Source of the DNA: an uncultured Planctomycetota bacterium
GTDB taxonomy: Bacteria > Planctomycetota > Planctomycetia > Isosphaerales > Isosphaeraceae
Assembly: GCA_963845755.1 (NCBI GenBank)
Contig: CAWJTV010000001.1
Span: 96,001-160,000 of the forward strand
Direction: 5' to 3'
DNA length: 64,000 nt
Shown: positions 12,116 through 22,984 of the stretch, piece by piece
Position numbering within the stretch: the stretch's first letter is position 1
Layout of the letters: every line of letters begins with the position of its first letter
Translations under genes and position numbers: made by a program
The notes under the pieces: model-generated
What the model saw: the letters and a program-made list of their open reading frames with translations, nothing else
What the model was told of the DNA's origin: nothing
Database searches by the model: none

Positions 12116-12127
12116 GACGGCCTCGTC

Positions 12128-12143
12128 TTGATTGATCGTTCAA
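12128..12143. promoter_or_regulatory. Putative TetR operator (imperfect palindrome TTGA-TT-GATC-GT-TCAA)
   Basis: Dyad 12 bp upstream of the tetR start in the divergent tetR/methyltransferase intergenic region. Confidence 0.45.
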
Positions 12144-12266
12144 CTAAGATGACACACTGGGTGTCCCCCGTCAAGTGGATTCCAGATGCATTGTCCCGTC
12201 GGCCGCGTGGGCGCCATTGGCAAACCCGGCAGGAGCTTGTACGCTCGTCGTGACAAGGAGACTCCG

Positions 12267-13007
12267 ATGGCCGCGGAATATGACGATATCGTCCGTCAGT
12301 ACCGGCGCTCCAAGGAGATGCCCTACCGCATCTTCAGCGAGATCCCCGATCATCTCGAGCTGCTGGGCGAGCTGCGCGGCCGTTCGGTCCTGGACCTGGC
12401 CTGCGGCGAAGGCTTCTACACCCGCTTGATCAAGAAAGCGGGCGCCGATCGGGTGGTCGGTGTTGACCTGTCGGGTCAGATGATCGCGATGGCGCGCGAG
12501 CAGGAAGCCGACCAACCCCTGGGGATCCTGTATCACGCCGAGCCCGCGGAAGCGATGGAACCCATGGAACCGTTCGACGTCGTCTCGGCGGCATTCTTGC
12601 TGAGCTGCGCCCCGACGCGATCGAGCCAGGGCGCCATGGCCCGCACGATCTTCGCGAACCTCGTTCCCGGCGGCCGTCTGGTCGCGACCATCAGCAATAT
12701 CTGGCGATGGCCGGGCGTGGATTACACACCCTACGCGCTCGCCTGCGACGCGACCCGGCCCCTCGACGACGGCGAGCCCTACCACGTCACCTTCTTGCTC
12801 GGCGACGACTCCTTCACGATCGAAGACTTCGCCTATTCTCATGCGACCCACGCAGCCGCGCTCGGCGCGGCCGGCCTGACGAACATCCAATGGCATCCGC
12901 CTCGGGTGACCGACGAAGGACTCGCCGCGTTCGGGCCGGAGTTCTGGCACGTCTACCTGAGCTATCCCCCGATCCTGCGACTCTCGGCCGAACGACCGGT
13001 GGGGTGA
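12267..13007 (+). CDS. Class I SAM-dependent methyltransferase
   Basis: VLDLACGEG motif I, VVGVDLS, FDVV. AGGAG RBS before ATG 12267. Confidence 0.88.
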   Translation: MAAEYDDIVRQYRRSKEMPYRIFSEIPDHLELLGELRGRSVLDLACGEGFYTRLIKKAGADRVVGVDLSGQMIAMAREQEADQPLGILYHAEPAEAMEPMEPFDVVSAAFLLSCAPTRSSQGAMARTIFANLVPGGRLVATISNIWRWPGVDYTPYALACDATRPLDDGEPYHVTFLLGDDSFTIEDFAYSHATHAAALGAAGLTNIQWHPPRVTDEGLAAFGPEFWHVYLSYPPILRLSAERPVG

Positions 13008-13173
13008 TCGACTGCGCAGCGGCTGTGCAACGCGTGGGTGTCAAACGTCTTCCCTCTGGGAGGCAAGTTCTTGCTCGATCTCGGTCTCAACCTCTTCGGA
13101 ATGGCGCACGAGGGATGGGCGGGTACAATGGTCCTGGTAGTGATGCGTGAGGGACCGTGCCCGGGAGGAAACG

Positions 13174-13497
13174 ATGATGAATACGATCCCCGACAACAAG
13201 ACGCTTACAGGAACCTGGAAGGACGGCCAGGTTATCCTTGACGGTCCGGCCGACTGGCCCGAGGGGAGCAAGCTGCAAGTGGCCGCGATCGCTCAGCCGA
13301 CGGAACTCATCGGCATTCCGGATGACCAGTGGCCCAGGGATCCCCAGGGAATCGCCGAACTCTTGGAGCGAATGGATCAAATCGAGCCGTTTGTGATGAC
13401 ACCCGAAGAAGAGGCGGACTGGCTCGCCTGGAGACAGAAGGTTAAAGAGCACGAGCTGGCCCAGTTTGACAAGCGAATCGAAGGGCTCTTCGAATGA
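13174..13497 (+). CDS. Putative VapB-like antitoxin
   Basis: Small acidic protein (GTWKDGQVILDGPADWPEG) whose stop overlaps the PIN toxin start (ATGA). Confidence 0.65.
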   Translation: MMNTIPDNKTLTGTWKDGQVILDGPADWPEGSKLQVAAIAQPTELIGIPDDQWPRDPQGIAELLERMDQIEPFVMTPEEEADWLAWRQKVKEHELAQFDKRIEGLFE

Positions 13498-13905
13498 GCC
13501 GCTATTTGTTCGACACCGGCATCGCCAGCGATTACATCAATCGCCGCAAGGGGGTCTTCGAGCGAGCACGCGAGGCGGTGGCGCGCGGCCATCAGATCGG
13601 AATCGGCACGCCCGTATTGGGTGAGTTGTGCGATGGCGTCGAAGCCAGTGCGACCCGAGAGCGAAACCGCCATTCGCTCAAACGGGCGGTGTCGACCTGG
13701 ACCATCTGGCCATTCGATCACGTGGCGGCTGAGGAGTATGGCCGCATCGCCGCCACGCTGCGCCGAATCGGTCGTCCGATGCAATCCGTTGAACATCCAG
13801 ATCGCCGCCATCGCTCTCTGTCTGGGCAACTGTACCGTGGTCAGCAAGGACGGCGACCTGTCGGCCGTGCCTGGTCTGAACGTCGAGAACTGGGCGACAC
13901 CCTGA
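13494..13905 (+). CDS. vapC: VapC-family PIN-domain toxin (one frameshift)
   Basis: YLFDTGI, VLGELCDG and AAEEYGRI, then IQIAAIAL...VVSKDGDL...PGLNVENW in a second frame. Confidence 0.85.
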
Positions 13906-13927
13906 GTCGAGGTTTCATCGACCAAGC

Positions 13928-16720
13928 CTACCGTCTTTGTGGAATCACCTTCAGATCGCCCAGGTCTTTGACTTCGCCGGGCGCGACGGTCACGCCGCGG
14001 AATAGCTCGCCCTGCTCCATCCGATTTGAGGCGGACGCCCCATACTCGAGTCCGGGCACCAGCCGCTCGACGCGGAACCGGCCGTCGCCGCCGACCCACA
14101 CGTCATCCGGCAGGATGCCCATCACGTCGCTCCCATCAATACTGTTGATTTCCAGGCCCTTGCGCGGCTGCCCCTCGTCATCGACCACGCGACCAGTGAT
14201 CGTGCCCCAGGGCTGGAGTCGGAGGGTCAAAGGTCCGGCCTCGTTTCCCTTGAGATAAACCGTGCCGATGAGCCTCCGGCCGGCGTGAGTGACGATCACG
14301 CGCCGGGGCTTCGACGGGTCGAGGGCGTGGATCGCGATCGTGGGCGATTCCTGCTCGTATTCGAGGAAATTCGAATGCAGGTCGGTGACGCCCTTCACTC
14401 TTGTGCCGCCGATCGGCCGGCCTTCGGGATCGACGACGTTGACCGTGAGCGATCGACCGGGGTCGAGCTGAAGGTCCAGCGTCGCCGACTCAGCCTTGGA
14501 ATCGATGTCGATCTCGGCCAGGACGTGGTAGTACTGCGGATCAAATCCTGGGATCTTCTCCCCTGGGATCTTCTCGCCACCGACGGCCTCCCGATAGCGG
14601 CGCATCTCGGACCGGCAGGCGATGAGGTTGCGGCCCGTCAAGCCGACGACCTCAAACCGGCCATCATCCTTGATGTAGGCTTCGGTGCCGCTGTAGCCGG
14701 GAAAATCCGCGATCGCGGGATTGTCGCGGAAGGTGAAGGCCTCGATGTAGCCCGGCGCCGGTTGACCGGTCGCCTTGTCGGTGACCCGGCCACGGATCAC
14801 AACGCCTCGCTTCAACGCAATGTCGAACGTGACCGGCTCGAGCATGGGCGAACGGGCCGGGACGCCGAAGGAAACCTTGGGGTAGAGCTTCCCCTCAGCC
14901 TGTTCGATATTCAATCGATAGGCGGAAGCCTGGGGTAGTCCGATCAGGCGATACCGGCCCTGGGCATCGGTCGTCGCCCCGATGTCCTGGAAGAGGGAGG
15001 CTCCCTCTCTCGTCGGGACCGCCGCGTGGAGTCTCAACCCGGCAATGGGCTGGCCGGTGTCCTTGTCACGGACGACCCCCTCGACGGGTTTTGTCGGCGC
15101 CGCGGAGTATTCGAAGCGACGGGAGTGGATGACCTGCGGCAATGAATTGGAATTGCCCATCGCCGGGCTGGCAATCCGGACATCAGCTCCGTCGCGGTTC
15201 ATGGCAAAGACCGCGGTCGTGGCGATCGTCGGGCCCGAGATGGAGAGCCAGGCGATCCGCTCGTGGCCGAGCCCGGTCAGTTGGAACCGGCCGTCGGGGC
15301 CGGTCTTCGTGGAAGTGGTGGCTTTTCGCTTCAAGTAGTACGCGTGGTGGAACAATAGGCTCGATCTCCCACGCTCCTTGATCTGCATGAGCCAAGCGGT
15401 CAGGTCGCTTCTTTCGGAGAAGAAGAGAGCCACGACCTTGACCTGGGCGCCCGCAACGGGTCGTCCTTCCAGGTCGACGATCCGCCCCTCGATCGGCGGG
15501 CCATCCTCAGCCAGCCGAATCGTCAGCTCGCCCGAGGTGGCGGCTTTGAAGGCATTCCGAACGAAGCCCGGTCCGAACCCCGGCGCCGTGGCGACGATCT
15601 CCACGAGCCGGTCCTCGCCGTTGAGCAGACGAGTCCAGGACCACTGGGGAATTTGCATGAGGAATCGGCCGTCCGGCCCGCTGGTTGCGACTCCATCCGG
15701 ATAGAGGTACGCCGTTCGCACGTCCGCGCCCGGGACGGGCTTACCGTCGGGTGCGACGATGCGGCCCCGCAACTCGACGATCCCAGTCCAGGCGACGGCC
15801 TTGTCGTTGGCTGCGGTCTGCGGCTGTTGAGCGGCGACCGGCGCGTTCAAGGTGAGTTCCGGTTCATCGGGTCGGCCCGCTCCGATCGCCAACACCCCGG
15901 CCGAGGCGATTCCGACCGCCGCGATCGCGGCGGTCGCGGCGATCTTCCGCTTGGTCACGAGCATGCTTCGGATGATGGCCTGAGCGAGCGCACCAGCCGC
16001 CATCGAGCTAGCTCCGTCCGTCGCCGCTGCGACCGCCACCTTCGCCCACGCCACCGGGACCGATGCCCTGACTTCGGTCGCAGCCATCGCAACGCCCAGT
16101 GCTGCACCGGTCAGGCCGCGGCGAGTCAGACGATCGCGCAGCCGCTGCCGAGCCTTCGCCAGTTGACAGCGGAGGGCCGGCACAGTCCATCGCAGCCGTC
16201 CGGCGGCCTGCTCGTAGGTCAGGCCCTCCAGGTCGCAGAGCACCACTGGCAGACGTTGACGATCCGGCAGCCGGTCGATCTCCTCGTGCACGATCGCACG
16301 GACGTCGGGTTCGAGCCCGAAGTCCATGCGGGACGGGATCGTCATCGCCATCGCCAGGGCTCCCGATTCGCGCCGGTGTCTCTGGATCGCCGTGGCGCTC
16401 GCCTCCATCGCAACACGATACGCCACCCGGTGCAGCCAACCGCCCAGGGCCTCACCGGCGCGGACCGATGTTGCTTTGCCGGCCAGGACGAGGAAGGTGG
16501 CCTGGAACGCGTCCTCGACGTCATGCTCGTGCCGCAGGATGGCCCGGCAGGTGGAAAGGACCATCGGGCCGTGCCGCGCCACCAATGCGGCGAAAGCAGG
16601 TCCGTCGTTCGAAGCCGCGTAGCGGGCCAGGAGCTGGGCATCGCTCAGGCCGACGGCAGTCCCGTCGCAGAAGAGTTCGGCGAGGTCGCGCAGGGCCGCC
16701 CCCATTGTGCCGATTGCCAT
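13928..16720 (-). CDS. ECF sigma-70 factor with TM helix and carboxypeptidase-regulatory-like repeat extension (paralogue 1)
   Basis: DVEDAFQATFLVL (region 2), LPVVLCDLEGLTYEQAA (region 4), a hydrophobic segment, then repeated GRVVDxxGxP beta-sandwich units. Intact 930 aa. Confidence 0.9.
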   Translation of the reverse strand: MAIGTMGAALRDLAELFCDGTAVGLSDAQLLARYAASNDGPAFAALVARHGPMVLSTCRAILRHEHDVEDAFQATFLVLAGKATSVRAGEALGGWLHRVAYRVAMEASATAIQRHRRESGALAMAMTIPSRMDFGLEPDVRAIVHEEIDRLPDRQRLPVVLCDLEGLTYEQAAGRLRWTVPALRCQLAKARQRLRDRLTRRGLTGAALGVAMAATEVRASVPVAWAKVAVAAATDGASSMAAGALAQAIIRSMLVTKRKIAATAAIAAVGIASAGVLAIGAGRPDEPELTLNAPVAAQQPQTAANDKAVAWTGIVELRGRIVAPDGKPVPGADVRTAYLYPDGVATSGPDGRFLMQIPQWSWTRLLNGEDRLVEIVATAPGFGPGFVRNAFKAATSGELTIRLAEDGPPIEGRIVDLEGRPVAGAQVKVVALFFSERSDLTAWLMQIKERGRSSLLFHHAYYLKRKATTSTKTGPDGRFQLTGLGHERIAWLSISGPTIATTAVFAMNRDGADVRIASPAMGNSNSLPQVIHSRRFEYSAAPTKPVEGVVRDKDTGQPIAGLRLHAAVPTREGASLFQDIGATTDAQGRYRLIGLPQASAYRLNIEQAEGKLYPKVSFGVPARSPMLEPVTFDIALKRGVVIRGRVTDKATGQPAPGYIEAFTFRDNPAIADFPGYSGTEAYIKDDGRFEVVGLTGRNLIACRSEMRRYREAVGGEKIPGEKIPGFDPQYYHVLAEIDIDSKAESATLDLQLDPGRSLTVNVVDPEGRPIGGTRVKGVTDLHSNFLEYEQESPTIAIHALDPSKPRRVIVTHAGRRLIGTVYLKGNEAGPLTLRLQPWGTITGRVVDDEGQPRKGLEINSIDGSDVMGILPDDVWVGGDGRFRVERLVPGLEYGASASNRMEQGELFRGVTVAPGEVKDLGDLKVIPQRR

Positions 16721-16763
16721 GATTCCACCGCTCCTAAGAGTACCCGGTCACAGCCTCTATAGA

Positions 16764-16793
16764 TTAAGAGGGACCGGCTTGTCGCGGTATCTC
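16764..16793 (-). promoter_or_regulatory. Putative ECF promoter GAGATAC-N16-CTCTTAA
   Basis: Same bipartite motif and 16-bp spacer upstream of all three ECF genes. Confidence 0.7.
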
Positions 16794-16852
16794 TATCTTT
16801 CTGAAGAAGCGAATGGTTCCAGGGTCAGCGGCATTGGGTGTGCGGTCGAGTC

Positions 16853-19730
16853 TTACAGCTCACCATCCCGCTTGAGCGGGATGACCTTGAGGTCGCCCAG
16901 GTCCTTCATCTCGCCAGGTGCGACGGTTACGTCCTGGAACAGCTCGCCGATCTGCGTGATGACCCCGTCCATGACGGATGCCCCATACTTGAGGCCGGGA
17001 ACCAAACCCGTGAACCGGAACCGGCCGTCCGGTCCGATCCAGTCGCCTTCACCCCGGTTTCCGCCCGGCAAGATACCGCGCTCGCGCGCACGGCTCCCGT
17101 CCATCGGCGCTCCAGAGCCCGATGCGGCTGCGCGGCCGGCCCTCGTCGTCGATGACGCGGCCGGTGATCGTGCCCCAGGGCTGGAGCCGGACGGTCAAGG
17201 GACCGGTCTCGTCCCCCTTGACGTAAACCGAGCCGACGAGCTTCCGTGCGGCATGGGTGATCGTCACGCGCCGGGGCTTCGACGGGTCGAGGGCGTGAAT
17301 CTCGATGGTAGGCGATTCCTGGGCGTACTCGGTCGCCGACAGCAACTCGGCGATACCCGCCACCGTTGTCCCGCCGATCGGCTTCCCTTCGGGGTCGACG
17401 GCGGTCAGTGTCAGCGAGCGGCCGGGGTCGACCTGAAGATCCACGGTCGCCGATTCCCTCCTGGGATCAAGGTTGACCGCGCCGAGAACGTGGTAGTTGC
17501 CGACGTGGCACGAATCTGGCCGCGTTTCGAATCGAGCGCGCTGGGGGTCGTACCCCGGAATCGTCAACGCGCCGATGCCGGTCCGATAACGAACGACGTC
17601 CGAGCGACAGGCGATGATCCCACGGCCGGGCGGAGTGACGATTTCGTATCGGCCGTCGTCGTTGAGATAGACGTAGAGTGGCGAGCTCTCCGCGTAGCCG
17701 GGAAAGTCACGGACGTGGGAATTGTCTCGGAAGGTGTAGGCATTCACGAAACCCGACACGGGCCGGCCGGTCCCCTTGTCCGTCACCCGGCCCCGGACCA
17801 CGACGCCGCGCTTCAGGGCGATATCGAAGGTCACGGGCTCCAGCCCGGGCGAACTGGCGGATGCAAGGAGGGTCGCCTTGAGGTAAGGCAGGCCCTCGCC
17901 GGGTTCGACGTACACGCGATAGGTGGAACCCTTGGTCAGGCCGGCCAATCGGTATCGGCCCTGGGTATCGGTCGTCGCCTCGACACCTCGCGCGGGGCGG
18001 TTGACTCCGCTGTCCTTGTTATAAACCGTGGCGCGGAGGTTCATACCAGCGATGGGTTGACCGGTATCCTTGTCGCGTACGACGCCCACGATGGGCTTGA
18101 CCGGCGCGGCGGCGTACTCGAACCGGTGGGCGTGGAAGACGACCGGCGTGGGCTCGGGCCAGCGATCGATGCAATTGGCTTCCGGCCCGTTCCGGCTCAT
18201 CGCATAAAGCACCGTGGTGGCGATCGCCGGCCCCGAGACGAGGAACTCGGCGACCCGCTCGCGGCCGATCCCCGTCAGATGAAACCGGCCGTCGGCATCC
18301 GTCGTGGTGGCGATCGTTGTCGGCAACCGGGTCAGGCCGTCCCAGATGCCCCGGACGGTGCCCTCCTGGTTCTTCTTGATGTGAGTGGACAGGTCGTCGC
18401 TCTCGGCAAACCAGAGACGCTCGACCTCGACCCGAGCACCGGCGACGGGCCGGCCCTCCAGGTCGATGATCCGGCCATCGATCGGCGGGCCGTCCTCCAC
18501 CAGGTGGATCGTCAGTTCGTCCGACGCGCCGGGTTTGTACGGGGCCCTGGCAAGGCCGGGTCCGAACCCCGTTGCGGAAGCCTCGACCCAGGGGGACGCC
18601 GCGCTGCTTTCGGTAAGCAAGCTGGCGAGTCTCGGACTCGGCCGCGCGATTGGCAGCAAGAACCGGCCGTCCGGCCCGCTGGTCACCTGCGATGTAGGGT
18701 GGTTGTCCCACACGGGCTGGAAAGCCCGCACGATTGCTCCCGAGACCGCCTGGCCATCAGGACCGACGACGCGACCGCGCACCTCGATGGTCCCGGCCGG
18801 CTCGGGGGCCTTATCCCTGTCTTCGACCGGCGGTTTCTGGGCCACGGCCGGCGGTTTCATCTCGGGCTTCGGGTCATCCGGCCGCGCCGCGCCGATCACG
18901 ACGACCCCGAGCGTGGTGATTCCGACCATCACCATCGCGGCGGCGGTGACCAACTTCAGCCTGGCTATGAACATTTCCCGGATGATCGCCTGGGCGAGCA
19001 CACCCACTGCCATCGAGCTGGCTCCGCCGGTCGCCGCCGCGACCACCGACTCCTCCAATGCCGTGGGAACCGCCGCGGACGCTCTCGACGACGCGATGGC
19101 AACGCCCAGCGCCGCGCCGGTCACGCCGCGACGGCTGAGGCGATGGCGCAGCCGTTGCCGCGCCCTGACCAGCCGGTGGCGCAGAGTCGGCTCGGTCCAG
19201 TGTAGCCGGCCCGCGGCCTGCTCGTAGGTGAGGCCCTCCAGGTCGCAGAGCACGACCGGCAGCCGCAGGCTCTCCGGCAGCCGGTCGACTTCCTCGTGCA
19301 CGATGGAACTCAGGTCAAGCTCGGGCCCGGGACGGACCGAGTCCGGGATGGTCATCGCCATGTCCGGCATCTCCGACTCGTACCGGCGCCTCCTCCTGGA
19401 CTCGATGTTCGCCTGCACGGCGACGCGATACGCCACCCTGTGTAGCCAGCCGCCCAGCGCATCGCCGGCGCGGATCGAAAAGGCTTTTCTTGCCAGGACG
19501 AGGAAGACGGCCTGGAACGCGTCCTCGACGTCGTGCTCGTGTCGCAGGACGGCCCGGCAGGTGGCCACGACCATCGGACCGTGCCGCGCCACCAGGGCGG
19601 CGAAGGCGGATCCGTCGTTCGAGGTCGCGTACCGGGCCAGGAGCTGGCCGTCGGTCAGGCCGACGGAGCTCCCGCTGCGAAATAGATCGCTCAGTTCCCG
19701 CACGGCCACTCCCATTGCGCCACTCGACAT
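16853..19730 (-). CDS. ECF sigma-70 factor with C-terminal extension (paralogue 2; frameshift near 17105)
   Basis: Same architecture as paralogue 1. Start MSSGAMGVAVRELSDLF. Confidence 0.88.
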
Positions 19731-19776
19731 AATTCGACAACTCCCCGGATGCGCCTGGTCGATCCTCTCTACCAGA

Positions 19777-19806
19777 TTAAGAGAGGTCCGATGGTCGGAG
19801 TATCCC
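19777..19806 (-). promoter_or_regulatory. Putative ECF promoter GGGATAC-N16-CTCTTAA
   Basis: Second copy of the bipartite motif, with an A-tract upstream. Confidence 0.7.
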
Positions 19807-19901
19807 GACTTTTTGGAAAATGTCGGCGGCGGGCGCGGATCGGCGATCGGGCTCATGGGAAGCGTGATAGAAATGCTTACCCTCCGAGAAGCTCGTATGG
19901 A

Positions 19902-22791
19902 TCACTCCTGGCCATTGGGCTTGGGCCGGACCACCTTGAGGTCGCCCAGCTCCTTCATCTCGCCGGGCGCGACGGTCACGTCGAGGAACACATCGCCTTT
20001 GAACATGATCCCTTCCGAGGCGCTCGCGCCATATTTGAGGCCCGGGACGAGGCCCTCGATGCGGAACCGGCCATCGCCGCCTATTTGCGCGTCTGGCAGA
20101 ATGCCGTTCTTGTCGAGACGAACCGGGAGGACGCTGCCGGTGCTGAAGAACCCAAGGCCGTTGAGATCCAAGGTCTTGCGCGGTTTGCCCTCATCGTCGA
20201 GGATCCGGCCGGTGATCGTCCCCCAGAGTTGGAGCCGGACGGTCAAAGGCCCGGTCTCGTCCCCTTTAAGGTAAATCGAGCCCGCGAGCTTTCGCCCGGC
20301 ATGGGTGATCGTCACACGGCGCGGTTTCGACGGATCGAGGGCATGGATTTCGATCGTGGAAGAGTCCTGAGGAGACTCATTCGAATCGAAGCCGTCGCCG
20401 ATGCCCGACGCTTTCGTGCCGTCGATCGGCTTGCCCGCGGGATCGACGACCGTCAGGGACAGCGATCGGCCGGGATCGACCTGGAGATCCAAGGTCGCCG
20501 ACTCAGCCTCGGGGTCGAGGTCGACCGCGGCCACGGCATGGCAGTTGAGGCTGGAGAAATGATGCGGCAGGGTGTCGAAGCCCATGTCGATGCGGTCGTA
20601 TCCCTTGATGCCCTCCGCACCGACACCGATCCGGTATCGGAACCTGTCGGATTGGCAGGCAATGAGGCCACGGCCCGGAAGGGCAACGATCTCATATCGG
20701 CCGTCGTCCTTGATGCGGACGTGGGGCGGGGAGCTCGAGCCATAGCCGGGGAACTCGCCGACCTGGGGATTGTCGCGGAAGGTATAGGCGTTGACGTAGC
20801 CCGGCACCGGCCGGCCCGTCGCCTTGTCGGTCACCCGGCCGCGGACCAGGATGCCCCGCTTCAGCGCGATATCGAATGGGACCGGCTCCAGGCCGGGCGA
20901 GTCGGCCGGGACGCGGAGGGTCGCGTTGAGGTAAGGCTTCCCCTCGCCCGGGCTGACGAAGATGCGGTAGGCCGGCGCCTTGGGCAGGCCGGTGAGTCGA
21001 TAGCGTCCCTGGGCGTCGGTCGTCGTTTCGACGCCAGGTGCCGGGCCGAGGCCGCGTTCGTCGAAGGCCGCAGCTTTGAGTCTCAACCCGGTGAGGGGCC
21101 GGCCCGTGTCCTGGTCGCGAACGACCCCCGCGATCGGCCGGGTCGGCTTGGTGGCGAACTCGAATCGGGGGGCGTGGACGACGAGGGGCACGAGCGTGAG
21201 CCCCCTCCGGTCGTTGAACCGGACCTCGGCCCCATCGCGGCTCATCGCATAGACCTGGGTCGTGGCGATCGTCGGAGCCGCGATGAGGATCTCGGCGACC
21301 CGCTCGCGGCCGATACCGGTCAGGCGGAACCGGCCATCGCGGTCGGTCGTAGCGGTCGAGATCATTGCTGGCAACTGACCCAGGCCATCCCAGTTATTGA
21401 GAAGGGTGCCACGATCCTGGACCGTCGCGATCCAGGCGGACAGGTCGCCGGTCTCGGCGTACGGGTCGCGATCGGTCCTGGCGTACCGGAGACGTTCGAT
21501 CTTGACCCGGGCGCCGGCAACCGGCCGACCCTCCAGATCGACGATCCGGCCCTCGATCGGCGGACCGTCCTCCACGAGCCGGATCGTGAGCTCGCCTGCT
21601 GCGCCGGCCTTGAGAGCGCTCGGAACCCAGCCAGGGCCGAACCCCGGGGCCAAGGCGACCACCCAGGGGAACGCATCGATGCGGGTGCTCCGGGGTGGTC
21701 GCGGGACCCGCATGAGGAACCGGCCGTCCGATGCACTGGTCGCCTCGGGAACGGTGGCGCTCTCCGGATCGAGGTAGGCCGTTCGCACGGCCGCGCCCGG
21801 GACGGGCTTCCCGTCTGGGCCGACGACGCGGCCTCGCACCTCGATCATCTCGCCGGGCGCGACGGCCTTGGACTTGTCCTTGTCGCCGGCTGGCGCCCCG
21901 GGAACGGCGGCCAAGGCGGGCGTCATGCGTTTCTTCGGACCATCGGACCGAGCCGCTCCGATGGCGGCGATCCCGGCCGAGGCGATTCCCACCGCCGTGA
22001 GCGCAGCTACCGCGGCGAACTTCAGCTTGGTCATGAGCATGCCCCTGAGGATCGTCTGAGAGATCGCGACCGCCGCCAACGAACTGGCCCCGCCCGTCGC
22101 TGCCACGACGGCTGACTCCGCCCACGCCGCCGGGACCGCCGCCCTGGCACTGGAAGGCGCGAAGACGACGCCCAGCGCTGCCCCGGTCACGCCGCGACGC
22201 GTCAAGCGATCCCGCAGCCGAAGCCGCGCCTTCGACAGCCGGCAGCGAAGCGCCGGCACGGTCCAATCGAGCCGTGCGGCCGCTTGATCGTAGGACAGCC
22301 CCTCCAGGTCGCAGAGGACGACCGGCAATCGGTGACGATCCGGCAGCCGGTCGATCTCTTCGTGCACGATCGAATCCAGATCGACATCAAGCCCGGGACG
22401 AGTCGTATCCGGGATCTCCATCGCCGAGACCTCCACCTCACGCCGGCGCCTCTGCCGCACCGCGATGTTCGCCTGGACCGCGACGCGATAAGCGACCCGG
22501 TGCAGCCAGCCGCCGAGAGCGTCACCAACGCGCACGGAATTGGCCCTGCGCAAGCACCAGGAAGGTGGCCTGGAAGGCGTCCTCGACGTCGTGATCGTGC
22601 CGCAAGATGGCGCGGCAGGTCGCCAGCACCATCGCGCCATGCCGCGCCACCAGCGCGGCGAAGGCCGGCCCATCTTTTGAGGCCGCATAGCGGGCCAGGA
22701 GCTGGCCGTCAGTCAGGCCGACGGCCGTTCCGCCATTGAAGAGGTCGCGCAGGTGTCGCAAGGCTGTCCCCGATGTCAAGACACTCGCCAT
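19902..22791 (-). CDS. ECF sigma-70 factor with C-terminal extension (paralogue 3; frameshift near 22550)
   Basis: Same architecture. Start [18 protein letters not shown]. Confidence 0.88.
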
Positions 22792-22863
22792 GATTCGCCA
22801 GCTCCACCGGATGGAACGCACGGATCCTTGCCGGGCCAGAGTCCCACGACTCTCCCCAACAGG

Positions 22864-22893
22864 CTATGAGAGGCCAGGCGGCTATTGCATCTC
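22864..22893 (-). promoter_or_regulatory. Putative ECF promoter GAGATGC-N16-CTCATAG
   Basis: Third, more diverged copy of the motif with identical spacing and an upstream A-tract. Confidence 0.6.
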
Positions 22894-22984
22894 GATTTTT
22901 TCAGGAATTCCCTCCTTCGCGATATCCTTGGCCAGCGCGGGTGACTGGCGGGAGGAAAACCGCGAAGTTCTCCTGGCATTGGTT

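Noticed and set aside
12218..12250. GGCAAACCC as a c-di-GMP-I riboswitch
   Set aside because: The GNRA loop, paired stem and downstream GCAAAGC element are absent.
13928..22791. Diversity-generating retroelement acting on the ECF paralogues
   Set aside because: No reverse transcriptase in the window, no template/variable repeat pair, and the differences include indels rather than adenine-specific changes.
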